From positions 420,001-452,000 of the forward strand of contig NC_014148.1 of the NCBI RefSeq assembly GCF_000092105.1: a stretch of DNA of 32,000 bases, read 5' to 3'. The notes under the pieces are model-generated. The model searched no databases. It was not told the DNA's origin and was given only the letters and a program-made list of their open reading frames with translations. The DNA comes from Planctopirus limnophila DSM 3776 (GTDB taxonomy: Bacteria > Planctomycetota > Planctomycetia > Planctomycetales > Planctomycetaceae). This document shows positions 1 through 8,662 of the stretch, in pieces. The stretch's first letter is position 1. Each line of letters begins with the position of its first letter. The translations under genes and the position numbers were made by a program.

Positions 1-1
1 C

Positions 2-1288
2 GGGTTGTCTGCCGGTGCTGCTTTTGGCTGCAAATACCCGGCACTCCTCTTCGTGGTCATCCCCATCGGCCTGGCAACGATCATTCGGTTTCCACGTTTC
101 CATAAGACCGACAGCTCTGCGAGTGAAAATCCATCAGCCAGGTCACGCAGCACATGGTGGGTCTGGCCACTGGTCTTTTCTGCCGGCGTGCTCGTCTTTG
201 CTGGCCCCTGGCTGATTAAAAACTTCTGGCAAACCGGGAACCCCGTTTATCCCCTGCTCTACTCTGTCTTTGGTGGCCTCGACTGGAATGCGGCACTCAA
301 TGAAAAATGGAGGCGTGGGCATGCCCCACCCCATTATTCGCCCCTTTCGTTTGTTACCGATGTTTACGACATCCTGGCCCGCAGTGATTGGCAAAGTGGC
401 CTCATTCTGCTGGGCTTACCTCTCTGCTGGATTTTGCCTGCCGCTCGCAAAAAAAATCATGAACAACCCGAGGATTCCCCAGGCGTTCTCCTCCTGGCTC
501 TCTTGTTTCTGGCATGGTTCTATGCCACCTGGTGGTTGTTCACACACCGGATTGACCGCTTCTGGGCACCAATGCTCCCTCTGCTCTGCCTGATCTCGGC
601 TGCAGGGCTAACGCGCTTTTCTCAGAGTGTCCCCCATGCAGTCAGGCAATCCCTGATGGTCCTGCTAGGGGCATCGGCAGTCTTCAATTTCTCGATCAAC
701 ACCGGCCCCGTCGGTAACTACAACTCATGGCTGACCAAACTCTCTGCGGCCAGCGATTTCACTGCGAGAACCACTTGCCCCGAGATCGCCGCCATCAATC
801 AGGCTATTGAGGAGGGTGCACTTCCCCAAGACATTCGCGTCCTCATGGTCGGAGAGGCAGAAATCTTCGATGCACGTTTCGATTTGAGATACAACACCGT
901 CTTCGATGTATGTTTACTGGAAGAGTGGTGTACTCACCCAGACGGCCAGTGGCGTACCGCCGATGAGATTCGGGCGCGCCTGGCACAAGCAGGCATTACC
1001 CATCTCTTCGTCAATTGGCGGGAAATTCTGCGTTATCGAACGAGCTATGGCTACACCGACTTTGCGAATCCCAGGAGCATCGAAAAGCTCCAGCAGATGC
1101 AGCTGATTGGCGATCCGCTTCGATGGCCCGAAGGGATTGGTGAACGAAATGCCGACGATCTTTCCGTTACAGACCGTCAACTGATTGAAAACTGGGCACC
1201 GCAATTGATTCAAGGCCTCGGTTCCAATCAGAAGCTGATTACGGCACAACTCTTTCCAGTCATGACACGGCCCATCGAGGCGAAGTGA
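2..1288 (+). CDS. Integral membrane protein, C-terminal part (5' end outside window); possibly a GT-C/ArnT-PMT-like glycosyltransferase family member
   Basis: The frame is open from the window edge to the stop at 1286-1288. The N-terminal half has several hydrophobic segments (LLFVVIPIGLATII, WVWPLVFSAGVLVFAGPWL, LLLALLFLAWFYATWWLF) and is followed by a soluble C-terminal domain. The family assignment rests only on this topology. Confidence 0.6.
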   Translation, partial: GLSAGAAFGCKYPALLFVVIPIGLATIIRFPRFHKTDSSASENPSARSRSTWWVWPLVFSAGVLVFAGPWLIKNFWQTGNPVYPLLYSVFGGLDWNAALNEKWRRGHAPPHYSPLSFVTDVYDILARSDWQSGLILLGLPLCWILPAARKKNHEQPEDSPGVLLLALLFLAWFYATWWLFTHRIDRFWAPMLPLLCLISAAGLTRFSQSVPHAVRQSLMVLLGASAVFNFSINTGPVGNYNSWLTKLSAASDFTARTTCPEIAAINQAIEEGALPQDIRVLMVGEAEIFDARFDLRYNTVFDVCLLEEWCTHPDGQWRTADEIRARLAQAGITHLFVNWREILRYRTSYGYTDFANPRSIEKLQQMQLIGDPLRWPEGIGERNADDLSVTDRQLIENWAPQLIQGLGSNQKLITAQLFPVMTRPIEAK

Positions 1289-1336
1289 TTACCTGTTATA
1301 CGGATTCCAATATTCAACGGCGTTCCTTGGTATGGC

Positions 1337-1440
1337 GTGGCTGGGGTTGAGCGTCTTCGCGAACCCCCAGTTCGTACCGAAAATACGAAAATCCGAAAAT
1401 CCGAAAATCGCTGGGGGTTCGAAGACTCAACCCCAGCCAC
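1337..1440. repeat. Long imperfect palindrome (two inverted copies of a GTGGCTGGGG...CCCCCAG hairpin unit) with a tandem 8-mer loop; possible bidirectional terminator or REP pair
   Basis: The left arm is 1337-1370 (gtggctggggttgagcgtcttcgcgaacccccag). The right arm is 1411-1440 and is its reverse complement apart from two CG insertions. The 40 nt loop holds about 4 copies of cgaaaat(a/c). The element sits between convergent genes that end at 1288 (+) and 1520 (-). Confidence 0.8.
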
Positions 1441-1519
1441 CCGCCGAGTCAGACTCATCCAGGCCATCACCATGATGAGTCCGGCCCCCATGAGTCGAAG
1501 GAAGTAGCCGTCGAAAAAC

Positions 1520-2473
1520 TCAGGCTTTGCGATAGACGATTCCCGTATCAATTAACTGAAAGCCACTCGAAATCAGCACAGCCATCGCAGCCGGGTCTTC
1601 CATGTTGGCGTGAGCCTCCATCAGGTCGACCTGGTCATCTTTGAGTTGTTTGCTGACATCGCATAACAGAGCCTGTCCATAGCCTTGCCGGCGATGTTCA
1701 GGAGCCACATGAATCCCATGCAGACCAATCGCCCGCTGTTGCCATTTGCTCGAATACATATCGAGCCCACAGATGGTCACCCAGCCGACGGGTAGATCCT
1801 GTTTTTTGAGGACCAGTCCCAGCCTGGCCGTTTCGAGACGACCTCGATTGGTAAGCGTCCAGAAGTCGCGCGGGACAGGATCATCCAGCAATCGCAATTC
1901 CGTCGATCGGCGGACACGCATCAGCCGCACATTGATTGGATCTCGCTGACCAATTACTCGCTGGAACACCCCGATCATGCTCTGCGGACGATAACCGAGG
2001 GATGTAAAGAACGGCTTCGCGAGAACATCTGATTCCAGAAATCCAGAGGCTTCGCTGCCGCCATACAGACCACTCCAGTAAGGATTGAAAGGGTCTGCCG
2101 GCCCGGCCAGTAAAACCTGGGCACCATGCGAGAGAAGATAACCTTCCGCCTGTTGAACCAATGCTCGTCCAATGCCGCGCCCACGAAAAGCCGGGTGAAC
2201 GACCAGAGCACAGATCACACCTGTCGTCGAATCGACCGAGGCGCGATTGCTGCCGACACCAAATCCGGCATGGACAAAGCCAGCCGGCTGACCATCCACA
2301 AACGCCAGGATCAAGCCATGCCGGTCAAAGTGAGGCTGCGAGAGCACGAAAAAGTCGAGCTCGTCCGTTCCGTGCATGATTACCGCACCACGACCCAGCT
2401 CCGCACTATTCCATAGTTCGGCTATCACGGGGACATCATGGTTTCGAAACGAACGAAACTCCAACAAACTCAC
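1520..2473 (-). CDS. GNAT family N-acetyltransferase (two GNAT-like halves)
   Basis: The ORF is 317 aa with a GTG start. Acetyl-CoA binding motifs of the Q/RxxGxG/A type occur twice (FRGRGIGRALVQQAE and HRRQGYGQALLCDV). Confidence 0.85.
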   Translation of the reverse strand: MSLLEFRSFRNHDVPVIAELWNSAELGRGAVIMHGTDELDFFVLSQPHFDRHGLILAFVDGQPAGFVHAGFGVGSNRASVDSTTGVICALVVHPAFRGRGIGRALVQQAEGYLLSHGAQVLLAGPADPFNPYWSGLYGGSEASGFLESDVLAKPFFTSLGYRPQSMIGVFQRVIGQRDPINVRLMRVRRSTELRLLDDPVPRDFWTLTNRGRLETARLGLVLKKQDLPVGWVTICGLDMYSSKWQQRAIGLHGIHVAPEHRRQGYGQALLCDVSKQLKDDQVDLMEAHANMEDPAAMAVLISSGFQLIDTGIVYRKA

Positions 2474-2645
2474 TCCCTGGTTTTGATTGCAATCTAGTCA
2501 GATCAACTTCACGCGGAGAAGATGTCTTTCTGAACCCTTTCCATTTCACACGATCATCATCAATCACAGTTTAATCATGCAACAAGGTCGCATGGAATGT
2601 CCACGCGACCTTGTTGTGATCGACAAGTTTTCACCGATTTCTCGT

Positions 2646-3605
2646 TTAGCGGCTGCAAACCTTCTCAGCAGCTGCCACAATCGCTTCGGCAGTCAGACCG
2701 TACTTCTTGAGCAGGCCTTCCGGATCGCCACTCTCGGCATATGTGTTGCCGATGTTGACGAACTCAATCGGGCAAGGTGCCAACTGGGCAGTGACTGAAG
2801 CCACAGCCGAACCCACACCACCGTGCGGCAGATGTTCTTCAGCCACCACGAGGCGACCTGTTTCTTTGACTGCCTTCACGATCGCTTCCTGGTCGATTGG
2901 TGAAACAGTGTGGAGATCGAGCACTCGAGCCGTGATTCCCTTGGCTTCGAGGGCGACAGCCGCATCGAGAGCAATACCTACCATCAGGCCATTGGCAATA
3001 ATGGTGAGGTTCTTCCCATCGCGCAGCTGATTGGCTTTGCCAATTGTCAGCACTGAATCCGGGCCATAAATTTCAGGCACATCAATTCGGCCACAACGCA
3101 AATAGACCGGCCCATGATGCTCCAGCATTCCTTTCACAAGGTGTTTCGTACTGGGTGCATCGGCAGGGACGACAACCGCCACGCCTGGCAATGCCGACAT
3201 CAAAGCAATGTCTTCAATGGCCATTTGCGAGGCACCGTCTTCACCAATTGAAATCCCGGCGTGAGAACCCACCATCTTGACATTCAGATGCGGGTAAGCC
3301 ACGCACATGCGAATCTGGTCGTAGGCATTGCAAGTCAGGAAGGCAGCAAAGCTGGAAACCACAGGAATCTTACCCGCAGCAGCCAGACCAGCCGCCACGC
3401 CCACCATATTGCTCTCGGCAATACCCACGTTAAATCCACGCTCAGGGAAGGCTTTGGCAAAGACTTCCGTGCGTGTGGAGTTACCCACGTCGCCATCGAC
3501 AGTCACGACAGTGGGAAATTCATTGCCCAGTTCTTTCAGCGCGGTTCCGAACGCATCACGTACGGCCTTGCCCAGCTTCAGACCGGCTGCTTGTCCGATT
3601 GTCAT
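2646..3605 (-). CDS. Transketolase, C-terminal (pyrimidine-binding plus C-terminal domain) subunit of a split enzyme
   Basis: The 319 aa product starts MTIGQAAGLKLGKAVRDAFG. It contains IAESNMVGVAAGLA and GSHAGISIGEDGASQM, which are typical of transketolase Pyr domains. It lies directly downstream of the N-terminal subunit gene. Confidence 0.95.
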   Translation of the reverse strand: MTIGQAAGLKLGKAVRDAFGTALKELGNEFPTVVTVDGDVGNSTRTEVFAKAFPERGFNVGIAESNMVGVAAGLAAAGKIPVVSSFAAFLTCNAYDQIRMCVAYPHLNVKMVGSHAGISIGEDGASQMAIEDIALMSALPGVAVVVPADAPSTKHLVKGMLEHHGPVYLRCGRIDVPEIYGPDSVLTIGKANQLRDGKNLTIIANGLMVGIALDAAVALEAKGITARVLDLHTVSPIDQEAIVKAVKETGRLVVAEEHLPHGGVGSAVASVTAQLAPCPIEFVNIGNTYAESGDPEGLLKKYGLTAEAIVAAAEKVCSR

Positions 3606-3678
3606 TTGAAAAATCCTGTTCTACAGGCATGAACTTGAAGTACGGGAAAATAACAGCAGCAACAAGAAATTGTGCGAA

Positions 3679-4521
3679 CTAATCGGCCAGCAAGGCCAAT
3701 GCCTTCTCGGCCAGCTCTTTGGAAAGCGGCTTGCCGTGATAGTTCAGATCGCCGGTTGGGGCCAGGATCGGCAGAATGCCAAAGCCCTTCTGTGTCTGCG
3801 AGACAATCGCCGTCGGACGATCTTTGACGGAACGGGCGATCTTCAGAGCGGCGATCACCTGCTCGATATCGTTGCCATTAATGGTCTGAACGTGCCAGCC
3901 GAAAGCTTCGATTTTGGGCTGGAACTCGGTGAGCTTGAGAACGTCCTTGGTGGCTCCCGTCTGCTGATATCCGTTCTGATCGACGATCGCGGTCAGGTTC
4001 GCCAGCTTGTACTTCTCGGCAGAAGCGAGAGCTTCCCAAACCTGGCCTTCGCCCATTTCTCCGTCACCCAGCATGACGTAGGTATGAGCTGAAAGACCAT
4101 CCATGTGGCAGGCCAGTGCATGACCAATGCCTACGGAAAGCCCCTGCCCGAGCGAGCCCGTCGAAGCTTCGATGCAATCGAGTCGCTTCATATTGGGATG
4201 ACCTTCGAGCCGGCTGCCCAGCTTGCGGAGTGTCATCAGTTCTTCGACAGGGAAGTAACCACATTCTGCCAAGGCGGCATAGAGCACGGGAACTGCATGT
4301 CCCTTGCTGAGAATGAAGCGGTCACGGTTATTCCAGCGAGGCTGTGCAGGGTCGTGCTGCATAAACCCGCCAAAAAACAGCGCGGTCACCATCTCCACGG
4401 CAGACATACTACTGCTGGGATGGCCACTGCCAGCTTCGGTGGTCATGCGGACAATGTGTCGACGCAGCACCTTGGTTTTGGCTTTCATCTCGTCCAGCGA
4501 CAGCGGCTTGAAAATGGCCAC
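3679..4521 (-). CDS. Transketolase, N-terminal (thiamine-diphosphate binding) subunit of a split enzyme
   Basis: The product contains GSGHPSSSMS, ILSKGHA and LGDGEMGEGQVWEA, the TPP-binding GDG motif. The track ORF runs up to 4737, but its N-terminal 70 aa look non-coding. I favour the GTG at 4521, which is preceded by GAAGGA. The ATG at 4488 is an alternative start. The stop is TAG at 3679-3681. Confidence 0.85.
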   Translation of the reverse strand: MAIFKPLSLDEMKAKTKVLRRHIVRMTTEAGSGHPSSSMSAVEMVTALFFGGFMQHDPAQPRWNNRDRFILSKGHAVPVLYAALAECGYFPVEELMTLRKLGSRLEGHPNMKRLDCIEASTGSLGQGLSVGIGHALACHMDGLSAHTYVMLGDGEMGEGQVWEALASAEKYKLANLTAIVDQNGYQQTGATKDVLKLTEFQPKIEAFGWHVQTINGNDIEQVIAALKIARSVKDRPTAIVSQTQKGFGILPILAPTGDLNYHGKPLSKELAEKALALLAD

Positions 4522-5057
4522 TCGATATTCCTTCGATGGGAGGCGACGGGAAAACTTGTTCAATAGCAGGTCTTCAGGCAGCCAGTGGACACCATGTCTC
4601 CAGAAATTCACCCAACCGCCTGTCAGCGCTTCCGGGCGAAATGGTTGACATACTGCCAATTCCGCTTGATTCCTTGCCCGCCGAATCCTAACGCTGAAGA
4701 AAACCAGCAGCAAGCCTGCACGGCTGAACCCATGCAAACTTGGCAGGTTTCTGCTTCCAAAAATGAATTCACGTTAAAATTCAGCCTTACATTCCAAAAA
4801 TCTGTGACGTCAGAAATTCAAGAGGGATGCAAAAATCGCTCGTGGAAACTCAGCAGACGGGTTCGTTGGCGCGAATTCCACTCCTTCGGGCTGCTGCGCG
4901 ATGGAATTCCCAGTTCCTGACAATCAATGATTGAATGAACGATATCGATGTGGCATTGTGACGAACGAATTTGCTGCAGGATTTTTCTAATCCTGACTGT
5001 CATCAGCGATTTTGACTGTCTTCATATTCTTACTGACGGATTGGATCTCTTCGAGCG

Positions 5058-5480
5058 ATGACACTTCGCCACCCCACCGTCACCAATCCTGAACCAACAG
5101 ACGAAGAGCTTCTGGCCTGGCTGGATGAGACCGTTTCCTTGCCACGCAGTGCTCAAATTGAGCATCTCGTCAGGCAGTCGACTGAACTTCAGAGCCGACT
5201 GAACGGACTGCGGCAAACGCGCCAGAGCGGTGCTTTAACGCTGGGCGAAATCTGGCGAAGTCATCGCGTGGGGTGTTTTTCCCGGGAAATTCTGGCTCGT
5301 TACGCGAGAAATGAAGGCGGGGCCGGCCTCTCTGAACAGATCCGTTTTCATCTCGAAACGGTGGAATGCGTCTGGTGTCAGGCGGTCTGGGAATCACTCT
5401 CGGAAGACGATCTTTCACGAACTGACCGCGTTTTCCAGACTTCAGCCGGCCAATGGAACCATCAGGACGGAACTCACTGA
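5058..5480 (+). CDS. Hypothetical protein (140 aa) with a C-terminal Cys pair (ECVWC)
   Basis: It has an ATG start and codon usage similar to neighbouring genes. No competing ORF of equal quality overlaps it. I do not recognise a family. Confidence 0.5.
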   Translation: MTLRHPTVTNPEPTDEELLAWLDETVSLPRSAQIEHLVRQSTELQSRLNGLRQTRQSGALTLGEIWRSHRVGCFSREILARYARNEGGAGLSEQIRFHLETVECVWCQAVWESLSEDDLSRTDRVFQTSAGQWNHQDGTH

Positions 5481-5602
5481 AATTCTGGCCTAGAGTGCAA
5501 AACCAGTTCCTCACAGGTCGGAAAAATCCGATGTGGAGGTCGTGGATGCAAGTTTTCAGTGAAAAATTGCCAAACTTGAAGGATTTCAAGGAATTTCGCA
5601 TC

Positions 5603-5631
5603 TTGACGAGCGAATTTTTTCTCTTAACAAT
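5603..5631 (+). promoter_or_regulatory. Candidate sigma-70-type promoter upstream of csrA
   Basis: TTGACG at 5603-5608 is followed by a 16-17 nt spacer and then TAACAAT at 5625-5631, about 100 nt upstream of the csrA start. This is a motif match only. Confidence 0.25.
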
Positions 5632-5733
5632 TGACGTATTGAACGTTTCTTACGGTTTTGTCAAGGCTGAGGCGAAAGTTGTCGGTGAAGTTGACGCAGC
5701 ATCGCGGAACTGCGATTGCCACGGAGCATGGTT

Positions 5734-5952
5734 ATGTTGGTTCTCTCACGAAAAAAGCTTGAAAGCATTGTAATTGATGAGCAGATCATCATTACTGTGG
5801 TCGAGATTCGGGGAGACAAAGTCCGGCTGGGGATCGAGGCCCCCCGGGACATTTCCATCAAGCGCTGCGAACTCGAAGATCGCCATCAGTCTGAGCCTCC
5901 CGTCGCGGGTGAGGCTGCCGTCAATGGCGGCCAGCCAGTGCCCGATCATTAG
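5734..5952 (+). CDS. csrA: Carbon storage regulator CsrA (RNA-binding translational regulator)
   Basis: MLVLSRKKLESIVIDEQIIITVVEIRGDKVRLGIEAPRDISIKRCEL matches the CsrA signature (MLxLxRK...VRLGIxAP). GGAG at 5722-5725 lies 8 nt before the ATG at 5734. The upstream TTG at 5716 in the track is unlikely to be the start. Confidence 0.9.
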   Translation: MLVLSRKKLESIVIDEQIIITVVEIRGDKVRLGIEAPRDISIKRCELEDRHQSEPPVAGEAAVNGGQPVPDH

Positions 5953-6151
5953 CCACTGGAAAAAGCTCAGAATTCACCAGCCGCCTGAGCCGCGTTGTTT
6001 GTTCACTCGGATTTTCGAAGCAAACGATTCCCCAGCTGGCAAACAGTCTTCGGTCCGAACGGCAGAATTCTCGCGATTCAAAAATCCAGACCAGGATTCT
6101 TGTCGGAACACTTGCCTGCCTCCGACAGAGCAGCTACATTTCTAAGCACTG

Positions 6152-6224
6152 GGCCCCATCGTCTAGAGGCCTAGGACATTGGATTTTCAGTCCAAGAACT
6201 GGGGTTCGAATCCCCATGGGGTCA
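6152..6224 (+). tRNA. tRNA-Glu (anticodon UUC)
   Basis: A hand-folded cloverleaf fits. The acceptor stem is GGCCCCA/TGGGGTC and the D arm is GTCTAGAGGCCTAGGAC, as in E. coli tRNA-Glu. The anticodon stem is TTGGA/TCCAA with loop TTTTCAG, giving anticodon TTC. The T arm is TGGGG-TTCGAAT-CCCCA and the discriminator base is A. CCA is not encoded. Confidence 0.95.
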
Positions 6225-6269
6225 GTACATCGACTTTGCTGTTGTCCTCGGCAAATGTTCAACGAATAA

Positions 6270-6304
6270 AGCTCCTGATGCGTCAGGGGCTTTTTTCGTT
6301 TTTA
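6270..6304 (+). terminator. Rho-independent terminator after tRNA-Glu
   Basis: The stem is gctcctga/tcaggggc with loop tgcg (6271-6290). It is followed by ttttttcgttttt. Confidence 0.75.
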
Positions 6305-6493
6305 TCGAGACCTTCAGGCATGAGTTGATTTTTGAAGACTGCTTCGTGTTCTCACGGTAGAACTTTGTGCTTGCGGGGAGTGTGAATTGACTCCCGGGGA
6401 ATGACAGTTTCCTGCAACAGAGCGTCTCTTCAAAAGGGTCTCCCGGCAACGAAGCTTCCCTTCCATCGAGTGTCCTCTCAATAGAGCGTTACA

Positions 6494-7582
6494 GTGACCA
6501 CGCTTCCTCCAACGACGTTTTCTCCAGATTACGCCACTGCCCGGCAGCGATTTCAGCAATCAGCGTCTCGGCTCGGCTGGAGGTTGGAGTCCTATTCGAT
6601 CGGTCTTCATGGCCCGACTGGCGAAGAGTTAGAGTTCGATGTCGCCCTATCGCATGGCGAAGTGACCGACAAGGTTCTGGTCGTTTCATCGGGTCTGCAT
6701 GGCGTCGAAGGATTTTTTGGCTCAGCAGTCCAGGTGGCCTGTATGGAGCATTGGCTCAGTACCGAAGCTCCCTCGGTGAAATGTCTCTTTCTCCATGGGC
6801 TCAACGCCTATGGATTTGCCTGGCTTCGTCGCTTCGATGAAAGCAATGTAGACCCTAATCGCAACTTTCTGCTTCCCGGCGAACACTTCGAAGGTGCTCC
6901 GGATGGTTATCAGCAGCTGGATCGATTTCTGAACCCGCGACATTCCCCATCACCATGGGAACCATTCACCTTAAAGGCTTTGTGGCTGATTGCTCGCTAC
7001 GGCATGCCGGCACTGAGGCAGTCGATTGCCGGCGGACAATACACGTTCCCTCAAGGTCTTTTCTTCGGTGGAAAGGGGCCATCACGCTCACAGCAAATTC
7101 TACGTGAACACATGCCGCTCTGGCTCAATGGATGCCGGCAGGTCGCTCATCTCGACTTTCATACGGGATTAGGCCGCTTTACTACTCACAAGCTGTTAAT
7201 CGATTACCCCTTGAGTGAAGCGCAGCGAAACTGGTTCTCCCACTGGTTTGGTGCCGATTCCTTTGAAGCCATCGATTCGGCTGAGATGGCTTACGAGGCC
7301 CGCGGTGGATTTGGCCGCTGGTGTGTCTCGCAACGGTTAGCTGCCAACTACCTGTTTGCCTGCGCTGAGTTCGGTACTTACGGTGGGATTCAAGTTTTAG
7401 CAGGCTTAAGGGCTGAAAATCAGGCCCATCATTGGGGCAGCCCGCAAGATCCATCGACGATCCGGGCGAAACGACGCTTGATGGAGCTGTTTTGCCCGGC
7501 ATCACCAACATGGCGATCCCAATGTGTCACGTCTGGGCAAAGATTGATTGAGCAGGCCCTGCAAGGATTATTGCAATCATGA
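6494..7582 (+). CDS. M14 family zinc carboxypeptidase-like protein (DUF2817-type)
   Basis: The ORF is 362 aa with a GTG start. It contains SSGLHGVEGF (an HxxE zinc-ligand context), NVDPNRNF and HLDFHTG, which are characteristic of the succinylglutamate desuccinylase/M14-like fold. Confidence 0.8.
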   Translation: MTTLPPTTFSPDYATARQRFQQSASRLGWRLESYSIGLHGPTGEELEFDVALSHGEVTDKVLVVSSGLHGVEGFFGSAVQVACMEHWLSTEAPSVKCLFLHGLNAYGFAWLRRFDESNVDPNRNFLLPGEHFEGAPDGYQQLDRFLNPRHSPSPWEPFTLKALWLIARYGMPALRQSIAGGQYTFPQGLFFGGKGPSRSQQILREHMPLWLNGCRQVAHLDFHTGLGRFTTHKLLIDYPLSEAQRNWFSHWFGADSFEAIDSAEMAYEARGGFGRWCVSQRLAANYLFACAEFGTYGGIQVLAGLRAENQAHHWGSPQDPSTIRAKRRLMELFCPASPTWRSQCVTSGQRLIEQALQGLLQS

Positions 7583-7659
7583 ATTGCCGGCAGTCGTTCA
7601 TCCAAAACTGAGCCAGTTCACAGTGGAACACTGCAGTGCGGCTTCACGATCTTTACTTT

Positions 7660-7833
7660 ACGAGCCGGAAGCGTCAGCGACGGGCATTTCCCAATTTCTT
7701 TTTCGACTATTAAATTTCGCCATCAAATCGACTTGCCGTGGTACTAGCGGAAATTGAGAGTCCCCGTCGCTCACGCTTCCGGCTCGTGGATGGTTATTGG
7801 GGGGTTCGCGAACCGTAGACCGATAACAGTGCC
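7660..7833 (+). repeat. REP/MITE-like element: 25 nt inverted repeat (7660-7684 vs 7763-7788) plus an ~83 nt repeat unit (7751-7833), copy 1
   Basis: acgagccggaagcgtcagcgacggg at 7660-7684 is the reverse complement of ccccgtcgctcacgcttccggctcgt at 7763-7788, with 1 mismatch. The unit at 7751-7833 recurs at 13609-13691. Confidence 0.8.
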
Positions 7834-8026
7834 ATTCGGGTCGGGACTCGTTTCTGCTTCCCGCTGCGATGGCTGTCAGGCTGGAGGTGATGGACACACG
7901 TCGGGTCGTGATTGTGAAGGTTGCGGCATCGTATGGCGACGAAGTGCGGTGTAGCATGGAATCGTAATCAGCGGTTCGTCGCAACTCATTTGCCCGTCTG
8001 ACGCATCAAGATTGACAAGTCCATGC

Positions 8027-8085
8027 CGCACCGCAAAACTGCGGTAATCTTCTACCGCACTTCGGCGGTCGAATACCTGTTCGGC
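8027..8085 (+). other. Left boundary of the cassette array: imperfect hairpin followed by an R'-type core GTTCGGC, with no matching R''; possibly a truncated attC or an attI-like junction
   Basis: GTTCGGC at 8079-8085 is identical to the R' boxes of attC1 and attC6. The hairpin is accgcaaaactgcggta / taccgcacttcggcggt (8027-8069). I found no GCCGAAC-type partner within about 150 nt upstream. Confidence 0.4.
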
Positions 8086-8101
8086 GGGCGAGGTCTTGAA
8101 G

Positions 8102-8521
8102 GTGGCTGACAGATTCCGAGACAAACGATGGCGCAACTTCCGCCGACGTGCCGATTACGCCCCGCAGAACGTCTACCGCCATCGCACCCACGGATGGGAG
8201 TACATCCCGGTCCATCCGTTTGGTGATGAACCGGAGGTTTTAGCGCGACTCGGGCTGCGCCCGGAAGACTGCCGAACGGCCGATGCCTGGTGGGGCATCG
8301 ACGGCGACGCTACGCTGCTGGAGTCGGGGGTCGTGGGCACGCTGCCGGGCCCGGCTCGGCTGTTTGCCAAGCCAATGCCTCACGCAGACGAGCGGTGGGT
8401 GTACTTGGTCGCGGTGTTCGATGCCCCGTTTGTAACCCGCGTCGAGTTCGAGGCGGTGATGGTCAGGTTCGTGGAGGCCGGGTTCCCCGACGCGACGCAG
8501 TTCGATTGGCGGGTGGGGTGA
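8102..8521 (+). CDS. Cassette 1: hypothetical protein, G+C-rich
   Basis: Third codon positions in this frame are strongly G/C-biased. GAGG at 8090-8093 lies 8 nt before the GTG at 8102, and the TTG at 8096 is an alternative start. No family was recognised. Confidence 0.6.
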   Translation: MADRFRDKRWRNFRRRADYAPQNVYRHRTHGWEYIPVHPFGDEPEVLARLGLRPEDCRTADAWWGIDGDATLLESGVVGTLPGPARLFAKPMPHADERWVYLVAVFDAPFVTRVEFEAVMVRFVEAGFPDATQFDWRVG

Positions 8522-8542
8522 TCGTCCCTACCGCTCCCAGAC

Positions 8543-8633
8543 GCCGAACTAGGCGCCCAACCGGACGCCGGGGAGGCACTGCAGCGTCAACCAAATCATG
8601 CCGGCCCGTCGCCGGTTAGCTTCGTAGTTCGGC
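8543..8633 (+). repeat. attC site 1 (91 bp)
   Basis: R'' is GCCGAAC at 8543-8549 and R' is GTTCGGC at 8627-8633, an exact reverse complement. The inner arms pair over AACCGG / CCGGTT with bulges. Confidence 0.8.
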
Positions 8634-8662
8634 ATACATACTGAAAAATTAGAGCGCCTACC

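Noticed and set aside
1371-1410. Tandem cgaaaat(a/c) octamers as a microsatellite or regulatory repeat in their own right
   Set aside because: There are only about 4 copies, and they form the loop of the larger palindrome. I report them as part of that element.
2646-4521. Split transketolase as a novelty
   Set aside because: Two-subunit transketolases (separate N-terminal TPP and C-terminal Pyr subunits) are a well-known arrangement in many bacteria and archaea. It is annotated as a feature only.
5533-5593. GGA motifs (AAGGAtttcAAGGAa, tGGAgg, tGGAtg) upstream of csrA as a CsrA autoregulatory leader or decoy sRNA
   Set aside because: There are only a few motifs and no evident hairpin presentation. 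They lie upstream of the best promoter candidate (5603-5631), so they may not be part of the csrA mRNA.
7876-8136. Possible integron-integrase N-terminal remnant on the minus strand (AEQVFDRRSAVEDYRSFAVRHG against IntI1 [20 protein letters not shown])
   Set aside because: The resemblance covers only a few residues. The ORF starts downstream of the putative recombination core, which is the wrong geometry for intI. No catalytic RHRY region follows.
8290-8619. 109 aa alternative-frame ORF inside cassette 1
   Set aside because: It is an Arg/Gly-rich product typical of an out-of-frame reading of G+C-rich coding DNA. The GC3 bias supports the 8102-8521 frame. This ORF also runs into attC1.
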